A stretch of DNA of 64,000 bases from an uncultured bacterium (GCA_963723125.1 CAVRPQ010000001.1:761767-825766), one strand, 5' to 3'. Positions 32,557 through 43,308 are shown, numbered from the stretch's first letter. Notes: a model not told the origin generated them from the letters alone. A program made the numbers and translations.

Positions 32557-33360
32557 GTGCTGCGGCTGATTCCGGCGGGCGGGTTTATCATGGGTTCAAC
32601 GCCGGAGCAGATTGAAGCCGCGCGGCTGATGGACATCGGCGGGCACGAGTTCCTGCTGTTGGACGAACTGCCGCAGTTCCGCGCGTTCCTGCCGGATTTT
32701 TATTTGAGCGAATGCACTGTGACAAACGAGCAATTCGCAAAGTTTCTAAACGCGACATGCCCGCCGCCTGCACAACTGAAACTTTGGGTGCCGTCGTTGG
32801 AGCGAATCAGTATCCCTGCGGACAAAAACGAAATTTATCGTGTCGCATCCGGTTTTGAAAAACATCCGGTCGTTCACGTCTCATGGTTCGGCGCGGATGC
32901 CTACTGCCACTGGGCCGGGTTGCGTCTGCCGACGGAACTGGAATGGGAAAAGGCCGCGCGCGGCACGGACGGACGGCTTTATCCGTGGGGCAACGAATGG
33001 CATGACGATGTTCTGCGCTGGCACAACACGGCGAAGCACGGCTTGACGACCGCGCCGGTGGACAATTATCCGCAAGGCCGTTCGCCGTTCGGCATTTTCC
33101 AAATGGCCGGCAACGTGGATGAATGGTGCGCCGACCCGTATCAATGGGACATTTATCGACGTTACTCCATCGGTGATTTGCGTCCGCCATCAAACGGCGC
33201 AACGCGCATCATTCGCGGCGGAACGTGCATTGGCTGGCAGAAAATCCGTTTCCGCTGCGCGCACCGGCGCGGCAACGACGCGGCCATCGTAAATATTCAT
33301 TACACCGGCATCCGCTGCGCGTGCGACGCGGCGCAACTGGGGCAGACAACAAAACCATAA
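32557..33360 (+). CDS. FGE/SUMF1-like (formylglycine-generating enzyme family) protein
   Basis: HPVVHVSWFGADAYCHWAGLRLPTELEWEKAARGTDGRLYPWGNEW, MAGNVDEWC, RIIRGG. Start is uncertain: GTG 32557 is chosen so the hairpin stays intergenic, but the ORF is open from 32422. Confidence 0.75.
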   Translation: MLRLIPAGGFIMGSTPEQIEAARLMDIGGHEFLLLDELPQFRAFLPDFYLSECTVTNEQFAKFLNATCPPPAQLKLWVPSLERISIPADKNEIYRVASGFEKHPVVHVSWFGADAYCHWAGLRLPTELEWEKAARGTDGRLYPWGNEWHDDVLRWHNTAKHGLTTAPVDNYPQGRSPFGIFQMAGNVDEWCADPYQWDIYRRYSIGDLRPPSNGATRIIRGGTCIGWQKIRFRCAHRRGNDAAIVNIHYTGIRCACDAAQLGQTTKP

Positions 33361-33492
33361 ACACAGCAATCTTTTATTTAGAACTGTGTCCTTAATTTCA
33401 GAAAGTTTAACAATAAATATCAACGTCACTGCTAGTTGTCGAAATCCGACGAGAATTGTTGTCGTCGAGACAAAAAAGCTATGTTGTTAGTA

Positions 33493-33584
33493 GGCAATGG
33501 ATGTCTGCCCATCCCGGCCAACGGGTAAAGCGCCTTCCGGCTAATGACTCCTACTGAACAAAGACAATTTGTCCCGGTAGCGAG
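33493..33584 (+). promoter_or_regulatory. structured 5' leader, copy 4
   Basis: GGCA/TGCC, CCCG/CGGG, core GGCTAATGACTCCTAC, GGTAGCGAG arm ending 2 nt before ATG 33587. TTGTTG-18-TATGTT promoter upstream. Confidence 0.6.
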
Positions 33585-33795
33585 TTATGAATGTGAAGTT
33601 CACATCCTGCGTTTACGGCCCATGCAACAACGCCTGCATTCGAGCTGCAAGAAACTTCACTAAAACCGCTGCCGGGACAGTATTGGGAACTGAGAGGCGT
33701 GCCGGTAGTTCTTCGCAATTCGTGACAATTGTTTTTGTCACAGAGGCATTTCCCGTCGTCATTCACCGCGAAACCAATTTTCTTCAACCCGTTCG

Positions 33796-33870
33796 GGCAA
33801 TGGAGTTTGCCCGCTGCTTGGCAGCAAACCGCCGATCGGTGGATGACTCCCACCGAAACCACCTCACTGG
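33796..33870 (+). promoter_or_regulatory. structured 5' leader, copy 5 (divergent)
   Basis: GGGCAA/TTGCCC, GCTGC/GCAGC, divergent core GGTGGATGACTCCCAC. Lies 15 nt upstream of ATG 33885. No clear promoter of its own. Confidence 0.45.
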
Positions 33871-33884
33871 AAAGGAAAAGAATT

Positions 33885-34316
33885 ATGAAAGTGCTTATTG
33901 TATCCGACATTCATGGTAATTGGCCGGCACTCCGCACCGTTTTGGAGGCTGAACCCAAATTCGACCAAATCCTGTGCCTGGGTGATTTGGTCAATTACGG
34001 CTCACAGCCGGTGGAATGCGTCACGTGGGCACAGGAAATCGCCTCGGACGCGATTGTTTTGCAGGGCAACCATGACCGGGCGTTGGGACTGAACCTTGAC
34101 CCGCATTGTTCGGCCGCCTACGAAACGCTCGCGGCGGCGACGCAGGAAATCACTGAGCGGATGTTGACGCCGGAACTCAAGGCGTTTCTCGCCGGGCTTC
34201 GTCCCTTGCGGCGTTTTCATCTGGACAAGGCCAAATGCTTTGCCTGCCATGCCTCGGCCAGAGATCCGCTTTACCATTACCTGCCCGCAGAGGGTGAGCT
34301 GCGAACCATTGTATAA
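33885..34316 (+). pseudogene. YfcE-like metallophosphoesterase, paralog 3, 3'-truncated
   Basis: Collinear with paralogs 1 and 2 up to ...DPLYHYLPAE. It then diverges and stops, so the GHTH and C-terminal half are missing. Confidence 0.7.
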
Positions 34317-34487
34317 GTCCTTTACCAGACCGTCGGCGTGTCGTTTGGCCTGTGAGTAGGAAGCAAACGACACCATCTGCCGGCGTCCGGCCACGCGCCA
34401 AGCTACACGGTAAGAATCACGTCCTTTGCACTTGCGGTAGATCGCGGCGAGGATTTTGCCAGAAATTTTATGCGCTTTGGATATTTC
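34299..34487 (-). pseudogene. integrase N-terminal fragment (tentative)
   Basis: Minus-strand frame reads ...KISGKILAAIYRKCKGRDSYRVAWRVAGRRQMVSFASYSQAKRHADGLVKDLYNGSQ, resembling arm-type N-termini of tyrosine recombinases. No start codon. Abuts the truncated phosphoesterase gene. Confidence 0.3.
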
Positions 34488-34644
34488 ACTTTTGCGCCCT
34501 CGATTTTAGCCTCTTCATGTGTCAGGGCCGTGTCAGAACTGCAAGAAACCTCAATTTCATTGGATTTATTGGCTCCCTAGGTCATTCCATAGAAAGAACT
34601 TTTAAAATCACAGTTTCACTTGGCAGATCAGGACGCAGAAGGCC

Positions 34645-35421
34645 TTATATTGCCATCGTTTTCCATGTCGAAACTTTCTGGAACAATGCGCCTTCGGTCG
34701 GCAGTTGTTTCAAAAGCCGTTCCAGGCGCGGACCAATTTTGAGCGTGCAAAGTTGGCCGGTTTTCTGGCGGCGGAAAGACAGAATGCGGTTTTGCCAATC
34801 AATGTTCTCTGCTGTGAGATTTGCTCCATCGGTTTGCGCCGCGCCGATTTCCCAGAGCAATTCGTAATACAATCTCCGTTCGGCGTTTTTCTCGGTGGAA
34901 ATAAGCCATTCGTGTTCTTCCGCCGTGATGGCACGCTTTGGCTTGGTGTGAATTTCCGGCCACAGTTTGCGCGGCAACACCGGCCACGGCAGCCAGCCAA
35001 GCCCTTCGGCCAGATTATGCAGGCAGCGCAAAAGATAATGCGCCATGACGCCGCCATCTTCCAATACGGCGAAAAAGTCATCGGCGCTGGTTTCAATAAG
35101 TTTGAGCGGGCGGATGTGGTCGAAACATTTGCCGCGAAAGGCGCGCTTGCGCCGGTCTTGTGTCTGCTCCTTGCCGCGAGTGCAAAAATTGTCAATCACG
35201 TCCTGCCATGTCCGTTTGGCAATCTCCGCATCATGCGCGGTCAAATAGGCTTTAGCCAATGACATGCCCAAAACCGGACGATTGGTGGCGTCGTTACGGG
35301 CGTTGCGGATGCGTTCGGCCTCGGCGCGGTCGCGCGTGTGCAGACTCTCTTTTTGTCGTGTTTCGGCGTCTTGCAGGTAATAAACGCCGTTCCGTTTCCA
35401 TAACCAGAATCTCATTTTCAT
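34645..35421 (-). pseudogene. tyrosine recombinase/integrase, C-terminally truncated
   Basis: 258 aa starting MKMRFWLWKRNGVYYLQDAETRQ. Core-binding region and first catalytic Arg (KPKRAITAEEHEWL) are present; the HxxR and Tyr region is absent. Lies 187 nt from the 3' end of tRNA-Asn. Confidence 0.65.
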
Positions 35422-35608
35422 AGCGTCATAACGCTACCGTGACCGAGATTCAGACCTGAAATTAGTATGGGGACAGTAAGTGAACCATTCTCACCATTAT
35501 GCAGTAGTGACGCTGCAAAAGGCGTTTTCCCCCTCACTTTCCCCCTCACTTTGGCCTTTTTCGACCTGCCACTGGCTCAAAACCCCTCAAAAATAAGGGC
35601 TTTTGAAA

Positions 35609-35683
35609 TGGCTCCAGAGGCAGGGCTCGAACCTGCAACCCGCCGGTTAACAGCCGGCTGCTCTACCATTGAGCTACTCTGGA
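35609..35683 (-). tRNA. tRNA-Asn (anticodon GTT), CCA encoded
   Basis: Hand-folded cloverleaf: TCCAGAG-TA-GCTC-AATGGTA-GAGC-A-GCCGG-CTGTTAA-CCGGC-GGGTT-GCAGG-TTCGAGC-CCTGC-CTCTGGA-G-CCA. Confidence 0.9.
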
Positions 35684-35751
35684 ACCCAAGCAGGACAGGA
35701 AATCTACAAACCGGAGGACGACGCGTCAAACGGATTCCACGTTGTTCCATG

Positions 35752-36603
35752 TTAGATACGCTGGCAATGCGGACAATAAAACGTGCTCCGCGCCGCCTGG
35801 GTCATGCGCCGGATCGGACGACGGCAATTCACACAGGGCTGTCCTTCCCGGCCATAAACCCGCAACCGTTCCTCGTAAAAATCCGGCGTTCCCGGCGCAC
35901 GGCCGAAATAAAAAAGCCCGTCTGATTTAACGCCGCCGACACTCAACGGCACGGTGCTGCCCCGTCGAATGGCCTCGGTCAGGACCTTCCGGATTGCTCC
36001 CCACAACCGCCCGATTTGCCCGGACGTCAGTTTGTTTGCCGCCTGTTTCGGCGAAAGCCGCGCGCGAAAGAGCGCTTCACTCGCATAGATATTTCCCACC
36101 CCAGCCACCAGCATTTGATCCAACAATTTGACCTTGATTGCCTGTCGGGAACGTCTCAACGCGCGAGCGAACGTCATCGGTTGAAAATCTCTGCTCAAAG
36201 GTTCCGGCCCCAATTTCTCCGTCGCCGAGCCATCCAGCGTCAGGCGTCCAAAATAGCGCGTGTCTTCGTAAACAAAACTTTCCCTGCCCAGATTAAAAAC
36301 TACCGCCGCGTGCGCTGGCAGACGCTCATTCTTGCGGGCAAGAAACATCCGCCCCGTCATGCCCAGGTGACCCAGCAATGTCACCGGGCCGCCAGCCGTC
36401 TTGCCGTTGAGCTGAAACAGCAGATACTTTCCGCGCCGTGAGAGACCGGTGAATTTTGCGCCGGACAAAGTCCGGCGGAATTCTCCCGGCCTGGTCGGCC
36501 TCAGAACCTTTGGGCGCCTCACGTTGACACCACGGATGGTTTTGCCGAGCAACAACGGGCGCAGATGGCGCGTGAGCACTTCAACTTCGGGAAGTTCAGG
36601 CAT
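35752..36603 (-). CDS. mutM: formamidopyrimidine-DNA glycosylase
   Basis: MPELPEVEV N-terminus, H2TH region, C-terminal zinc finger CVNCRRPI...CPHCQ. Confidence 0.9.
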   Translation of the reverse strand: MPELPEVEVLTRHLRPLLLGKTIRGVNVRRPKVLRPTRPGEFRRTLSGAKFTGLSRRGKYLLFQLNGKTAGGPVTLLGHLGMTGRMFLARKNERLPAHAAVVFNLGRESFVYEDTRYFGRLTLDGSATEKLGPEPLSRDFQPMTFARALRRSRQAIKVKLLDQMLVAGVGNIYASEALFRARLSPKQAANKLTSGQIGRLWGAIRKVLTEAIRRGSTVPLSVGGVKSDGLFYFGRAPGTPDFYEERLRVYGREGQPCVNCRRPIRRMTQAARSTFYCPHCQRI

Positions 36604-36632
36604 GTGGATTTTTGAAAAAAATGTTGGCCGGT

Positions 36633-37274
36633 TCATTCCTCGCGCAGCGCCGCGGCGTGCAGCAACGCGAGAACCTCTTCATCATTCGTTTGTGAAAATT
36701 CATCATAATACTGGCCAACCGCTTCAAAACCCGGGTCGGTGATCAAGGTGACCACTTCATCTGCCACGCGCCGCAACCGTTCGACTGCGCCGGTCGAAGC
36801 CACCGGCGCGGCCATGGTCGTCCGGCGCGCACCCTGCCGTTTGGCCGAAAGCACTGCGGCTTCGGCCGTCGCGCCCGTCGCCAGACCGTCGTCAATCAGC
36901 AACACGCTCTTGTCCTGGAGCACTGGTGGATGGGAACCGTGAAAATGAGAGCAGTACTCGTGCAATCGGGCAATCTCCTCAGCCACCACCCTGTCCAATT
37001 GACCGCGCGGGGCCGGAACTTCCGCCAGGGTTGCCCGGTCAAAAATGACCACGTCCGGTTCAGCCAAAGCTCCCACCGCAAACTCACGGTGCCATGGATG
37101 CCCGATTTTGCGGACCACCAGCACATCCAGTGGCCGCTGCAATCGGCGCGCCGCCTCGGCCGCGACCACCACGCCGCCGCGCGGCAAACCCAGCACCAGG
37201 TCAACCTCGACACCCTGTTTGCGCAGGTGCTGCCCAAGTTGACGGCCCGCCTCCTGGCGAGAGGTGAATCTCAT
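36633..37274 (-). CDS. phosphoribosyltransferase-family protein
   Basis: VLGLPRGGVVVAAEAA and the PRPP loop VLLIDDGLATGATA. Confidence 0.75.
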   Translation of the reverse strand: MRFTSRQEAGRQLGQHLRKQGVEVDLVLGLPRGGVVVAAEAARRLQRPLDVLVVRKIGHPWHREFAVGALAEPDVVIFDRATLAEVPAPRGQLDRVVAEEIARLHEYCSHFHGSHPPVLQDKSVLLIDDGLATGATAEAAVLSAKRQGARRTTMAAPVASTGAVERLRRVADEVVTLITDPGFEAVGQYYDEFSQTNDEEVLALLHAAALREE

Positions 37275-37355
37275 AAGACATCAATCCTCCCATTTCAGAG
37301 AAATTGCAACCCGGGAAATACCGATGGCCTTCAGGCTCGGATAACCATCACCGCG

Positions 37356-38138
<783 letters not shown>

Positions 38139-38271
38139 TCAAACCAAAGCGACGAAGGTTGGTTACAGCTTGGTGGGGCGGGCTACTGAGAGCCGGCTCG
38201 CGGGGACGCTCACCGAAGGTTGCAAAAACGTGCCACCACTCCGGAAGGGAGGCTTCCGCCTCCGGTGAGGG

Positions 38272-39120
38272 TCAGTTGGTCAGACTCTCACCCACTTGAA
38301 ACCGGACGAATCGGCGGACGGAGATTTCGTCGCCGAGTTGCTTGGCGATTTGGGCGACGTGTTCCTTCACGCTCACCTCGGAATTCCGTTTTACGAACCC
38401 CTGGTCCACGAGACAATAGGTTTGATAAAACTTTTCCAGAACACCTTGCAGAATCTTCTCCATCGCCTGTGCCGGTTTACCTTTCAAACGGTCGGACTGT
38501 GCCGCAATCTCGCGTTCCTTGGCGATAACGTCTGCTGGAACCTGTTCACGGGAAACCGCGTGCGGATGTCCCGCCGCAATTTGCAACGTGATGTCCTTGA
38601 CGAGCTGTTTGAATTCGTCCCGGGCCACCGTTTCAGCCTTGCCCGCGCCCACTTCCACCAGCACGCCCACTTTGGCGCCGGTATGAATGTACCCGGCAAT
38701 CAACCCGTTGCCATTGACTTCCATTTTCGCGTGCCGGGCGATTTTGATGTTCTCCCGGATTTTGGCGACGATCGCCTCGCGTTCGGCCTCGAAATTGGGA
38801 TTGGTTTCGGTCGCATAACGTTTGGCAACCTCATCACAAAACGCGCGGAATGTGTCATTACGCGCCACAAAATCCGTTTCGCTGTTCACCTCCACGAGCA
38901 CGCCCAGCTTTCCCGCCGGCGCGATGTATTGGGCAATGGCGCCCTCTTTCGCGTCGCGCGCCGATTTTACGGCGGCCGTCGCCTGGCCCTTTTTACGCAG
39001 AATTTCCACGGCAATATCGAGGGCGCCTTTCGCTTCGACGAGCGCTTTTTTGCAATCCATCATGCCGGCCCCGGTCATTTCGCGGAGTTTGCCAACGTCA
39101 GCAGCAGTAATTTCAGCCAT
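38272..39120 (-). CDS. tsf: translation elongation factor Ts
   Basis: MAEITAADVGKLREMTGAGMMDCKKALVEAKG and the remainder are collinear with EF-Ts. Confidence 0.95.
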   Translation of the reverse strand: MAEITAADVGKLREMTGAGMMDCKKALVEAKGALDIAVEILRKKGQATAAVKSARDAKEGAIAQYIAPAGKLGVLVEVNSETDFVARNDTFRAFCDEVAKRYATETNPNFEAEREAIVAKIRENIKIARHAKMEVNGNGLIAGYIHTGAKVGVLVEVGAGKAETVARDEFKQLVKDITLQIAAGHPHAVSREQVPADVIAKEREIAAQSDRLKGKPAQAMEKILQGVLEKFYQTYCLVDQGFVKRNSEVSVKEHVAQIAKQLGDEISVRRFVRFQVGESLTN

Positions 39121-39166
39121 ATTAATGGGTTAAGAGTTCAATGTTGAAAGTTGAGAGCAACCAGGC

Positions 39167-39973
39167 TTACGCAGGTGGCGATGCGGCCTCAACGGCAGCC
39201 GGAGCGGCTCCCGCAGGCGCGGTCTCAGTGGCCTGTGTTCCCGCCGGGGCAACCTCTTCCGGCGCGGGCCGGCGCGCGTGTTTGGCCTCGAACTCGGCGC
39301 TCGCCTGCGTGATGACCTGGCCAATCGTGGCCAGAATCATGCGCACGGAACGGATGGCGTCGTCGTTCGCGGCGATGGGAAAATCCACCAGGTCGGGATC
39401 GCAATTGGTGTCCACCAGCGCGACAATCGGCAGCTTGAGCTTGCGCGCCTCGGCGACGGCATTGTGCTCGCGTTTGATGTCCACAACGAACATCGCGGCG
39501 GGAATCCGGTCCATCGCGCGGATGCCATCAAAATACTTTTGCAACCGGCCGGCTTCGCGGCGGATGACCGCTTGCTCCTGCTTGCCGTAATGGGCCAGTG
39601 TGCCATCGGCGTCCATCTTCTCGATTTCCTTGAGCCGCGCGATGGAACGCTTGATGGTGTTGAAATTTGTCAACGTGCCGCCGAGCCAGCGTTCGGTGAC
39701 GTAAAACTGGCCGCAGTCCCGGGCCATTTCCTTGACGCATTGCTGCGCCTGTTTTTTGGTGCCGACAAAAACTACTTTTCCGCCTTTGCGGACCGTTTCA
39801 GACAGAAAGTTACACGCCGCCTCGAGCTGGGTGAGTGTTTTGCTGAGGTCAATGATGTGAATGCCATTGCGCGCGTCGAAGATGAATGGCTTCATCTTGG
39901 GGTTCCAACGCCGCGTCTGGTGTCCGAAATGGACGCCCGATTCCAACAATTCTTTGATGCCAATGCTAAGCAC
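39167..39973 (-). CDS. rpsB: 30S ribosomal protein S2
   Basis: ...IKELLESGVHFGHQTRRWNPKM... GTG start preceded by AAAGGAAACCT. Ala/Pro-rich C-terminal tail. The longer ORF to 40258 would run through a repeat element. Confidence 0.9.
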   Translation of the reverse strand: MLSIGIKELLESGVHFGHQTRRWNPKMKPFIFDARNGIHIIDLSKTLTQLEAACNFLSETVRKGGKVVFVGTKKQAQQCVKEMARDCGQFYVTERWLGGTLTNFNTIKRSIARLKEIEKMDADGTLAHYGKQEQAVIRREAGRLQKYFDGIRAMDRIPAAMFVVDIKREHNAVAEARKLKLPIVALVDTNCDPDLVDFPIAANDDAIRSVRMILATIGQVITQASAEFEAKHARRPAPEEVAPAGTQATETAPAGAAPAAVEAASPPA

Positions 39974-40008
39974 AGGTTTCCTTTGGTTAAGACCGTGCGA
40001 ATAATCCT

Positions 40009-40064
40009 GGTAGGGCGGGCAGTCCTCTGCCAGCCGCGGCGCGCACGGAGTGGCGCGCCCTACC
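40009..40064. repeat. palindromic element family A, short intergenic copy A5
   Basis: ggtagggcgggcagtcctctgccagccgcggcgcgcacggagtggcgcgccctacc, between the divergent rpsB and protease genes. Confidence 0.9.
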
Positions 40065-40286
40065 AAGATCTCAACACAGCATCCCGCGGAACACGGGATT
40101 ATGTTTGATGTTGTTCGGCCTCCGCCTTCACTTAAAAGCGGAAATTCAGGGCCGTTTTCCTTCCGCCGCTGGTGGCGAAAGAGCGGGTGAGCATAGCAGA
40201 ATCGCCGCAATCGGCAATGGTTATTTTGGATGAAATTCGGCTGCCGTTTACTTGTCAAAACCCCGCGGTTGCGTTACTTTCCAGAA

Positions 40287-41255
40287 ATGTCGTTTAATAA
40301 GTATTTAGTGTTGTCGGCCTTGTTCTTCTGCGGACTGGGCACCGCATTCGCCGATACCATCCAACTCAAGGGCAACGATGCCGTCACCGGCAAAATTCTC
40401 ATTGAAAAGCCGGATGCCGTGGTGGTGGACGTGGGTTACACCGTGCTGGTGGTGCCGCGCAACGCCATTCTCAAAATTTCCCAGGCCAACAAGGCGCTGA
40501 CGCAACTGACGGCCACCGCCACCCCGCTCCTGGGCGTCAACGCGCCGGCGCAGTTCTACAACAGTGACGGGGCACACGCCGCCACCGTGAGCGACGTGCG
40601 CGATCTCGTCAAACAAATCGGCGAGGCCGTCGTGCAGGTGCGCACCCCCAGCGGTCTGGGTTCGGGATTTTTCATCAACGCGGACGGTTATCTCATCACC
40701 AATTTTCACGTCATCGAGGGTGAAACGGAAATCACCGTCGAGGTTTACCGGCAGGTGGACGGCCAACTGGATCGCGAGTCGTATAAAAAGGTGCGCATCA
40801 TGGCCATCAACAAATTTCAAGACCTGGCGCTGTTGAAAATTGAAGACAAGAACGCGCCCCGGTTCAAGTACGTCACGCTCGGCAACTCGGACGCGCTGAA
40901 TGTGGGCGAGCAGGTTTTCGCCATCGGCAGCCCGATGGGTCTGGAACGCACGGTGACCGAGGGCATCCTGAGCACCAAGACGCGCGAACTGGAAGGCGAG
41001 CTTTACCTGCAAACCACCGCGCAAATCAATCCCGGCAACAGCGGTGGACCGCTGTTTGACATGGCCGGCAATGTCATCGGCATCACCAATATGAAAATCA
41101 TGTTCGGTGAGGGACTGGGTTTTGCCATTCCCGTTGAACTGGTGAAAAATTTTCTGGATCATCGCGACGCTTTTGCGTATTCCACCGATAATCCAAACAC
41201 GCCCTATCGTTATCTTGAACCGCCCGGCCCCACCAGCCACAAGCCGGCAGAATAA
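40287..41255 (+). CDS. trypsin-like serine protease (HtrA/S1C-like), secreted
   Basis: Signal peptide. Catalytic-triad contexts ITNFHVIEG, DLALLKI, GNSGGPLFD. No obvious PDZ domain. Confidence 0.8.
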   Translation: MSFNKYLVLSALFFCGLGTAFADTIQLKGNDAVTGKILIEKPDAVVVDVGYTVLVVPRNAILKISQANKALTQLTATATPLLGVNAPAQFYNSDGAHAATVSDVRDLVKQIGEAVVQVRTPSGLGSGFFINADGYLITNFHVIEGETEITVEVYRQVDGQLDRESYKKVRIMAINKFQDLALLKIEDKNAPRFKYVTLGNSDALNVGEQVFAIGSPMGLERTVTEGILSTKTRELEGELYLQTTAQINPGNSGGPLFDMAGNVIGITNMKIMFGEGLGFAIPVELVKNFLDHRDAFAYSTDNPNTPYRYLEPPGPTSHKPAE

Positions 41256-41356
41256 TGAATCAATTTCACCCCTCACCCGTTCTGCGGACGCTCTCTCCCC
41301 GCATGGCGGGGCGCGTCCAATTTTAATTTTGTAAGTTTTAAAAAGCAGGATCTTAT

Positions 41357-43296
41357 ATGAAAACAAAGCCGATTTCTTTGACCCACGGATGGACGGCCGG
41401 GATTTTCCCAATACTGTTTGCCGCTCTGTTGACGCTGGCCAGCCCCGCTCATGCCGCGATTCCACCCGTGGAAAATCTGCTGCCGGCGGACACCCTGTTT
41501 CTGCTGGATGCACCCGATTGCGCGGCGTTGCGGGCCGCCAGCCATCAATCACCCCAATGGCTTTTTTGGAACGACCCGGCGATGAAACCGTTTCACGACA
41601 GGTTTGTCGCAAAATGGGAGGCGGAATTCATCGCCCCACTCGAACGTGATTTGGGGGTGAAGCTGGACGATTTTGCCGACCTGCCGCAGGGACAGTTCGC
41701 TTTCGCCCTCACGCAGAACGGATGGACCGGCACCAACGACGCCAACCCCGGCCTGCTGCTGCTGCTCGACACCAAAAACAAAAGCAATCTGCTCAAAACC
41801 AATCTGGCCAATCTCCGCCAAAAATGGGTGCAGACGGGCAAATCACTCCAGACGGAAACCTTGCACGGCATTCAGTTCTCGGTCGTGACGCTTTCCAGCA
41901 ACGACATGCTCGGCATCCTCGCCAAAATTTTCCCCATGGCCCAGCCGGTTCAGGAACTGGGCAAGGAAAACAAGCCGCCGCCACCGGGCAAGCTGTTTGT
42001 CGGCCAATTTGAATCGCTGTTGATCGCCGGCAATTCGCAATCGGCCATTGAAACCGTATCTGCCCGGCTGACCGGGGGGTCCAACCCTTCCCTGAGCGAC
42101 AACCCGCTTTTCGCCGCGGACCGGCTTTCGCAATTTCACGGCTCGCCGCTGTACTACGGCTGGTTCAACACCAGGGATTTTTTTAACGTGCTGGCTCAAA
42201 TTCCGGAGGCGGAGCCGAACCCTGATGCCCCCAGCCCATTCCCGGCCATTCCGTGGACGAAAGTCCTCCAGGCGTCGGGACTGACCGGCTTGAAGAGCAT
42301 CAGTTTCGCCTGCCGCCAATCGCCCGAGGGGGCCAAGGCCGACTTTTTCATCTCTGCGCCGGAGGCCGACCGGCAAGGATTGTTCAAAATGATCAGCGCG
42401 AACCAGAAGGATGCGAATCCGCCATCCTTTGTGCCAGCCGACGCCGTCAAATTCTTCCGCTGGCGCGTGGACGGCCAGCAAGCCTGGGCCACCCTCCAGA
42501 AAATGCTCGGTGAAATTTCACCCATGGCGCTCGCCAGCCTTAATTCGTTCATTGCCATCGCCAATTCCAGCGCCCAACAGCAGGATCCGGACTTCGACAT
42601 TCGCAAGAATATCATCGGCAACCTTGGCGACGACTGGATGAGTTACGAAAAGAAACCCACGGGCACGACCCTGGCCGAGTTGAATCAGCCGCCGTCCATT
42701 TTCATCTTCGCCTCGCCCCACCCTGATCAGATTGCCCTGGCGCTCAAGAGCGTCATGGGACTTGGCGCGTCAGCGGACAATCCGGCGCCGACGCGGGATT
42801 TTCTGGGCCGGAAAATTTATACCATTCCATTGAGCCCCGGCGCACGGCGGAAACGACACAGCCCACGCCGCGTTCGCTTTACTGTACCGCCAGCGGCGGT
42901 TACGTTGCCGTTTCCGGGAGCGAGTCCATGGTTGAAGATTATCTGCGAAGTGCCGAGAGCCACGCCAAACCCCTGCGTGAGACGGACGGCCTGACTGATG
43001 CCATCCATCATGTCGGCGGCACCGGCAATGGTTTGTTTGGTTATGAAAACCAGCGCGAGCTGATGCGCACATTTTTTGCCGCCTTGAAAAACGACCCCAA
43101 CTCAACGGCCAGCATGAATAACCTTCTGATGCGCATGTGGAGCGGCAGTCTGGGCGACTGGCTGGATTTTTCGTTGCTGCCCGATTACGACCAGGTGGCC
43201 AAATACTTTTACTTTACCGTGTACAGCGGCAAGACCAGCGCGGACGGCCTGACCTTCGAATTTTTCACCCCCCGCCCGCCGCAGTTGAGACAATAA
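41357..43296 (+). pseudogene. secreted protein of unknown function, frameshifted near 42835
   Basis: Signal peptide ...LLTLASPAHA. The frame-1 tail looks non-coding after IYTIPLSP. Frame 2 is open and protein-like (..RSLYCTASGGYVAVSGSESMVEDYL..). C4 to C5 at 42835-42838 would join them (647 codons). Confidence 0.6.
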
Positions 43297-43308
43297 GCAG
43301 ACCGGCAT

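Noticed and set aside
33551-33910. Cys-rich 119-aa ORF on the minus strand, and the 110-aa plus-strand ORF 33587-33919, as real genes.
   Set aside because: Both overlap leader copies 4 and/or 5 and the phosphoesterase start, and neither matches a recognisable family. Only the positional coincidence of ATG 33587 with leader 4 is noted (see findings).
39974-40258. N-terminal extension of the rpsB ORF up to 40258.
   Set aside because: The extension contains the family A palindromic element and has no S2 homology. A GTG with an upstream AAAGGA at 39973 gives a canonical S2 N-terminus.
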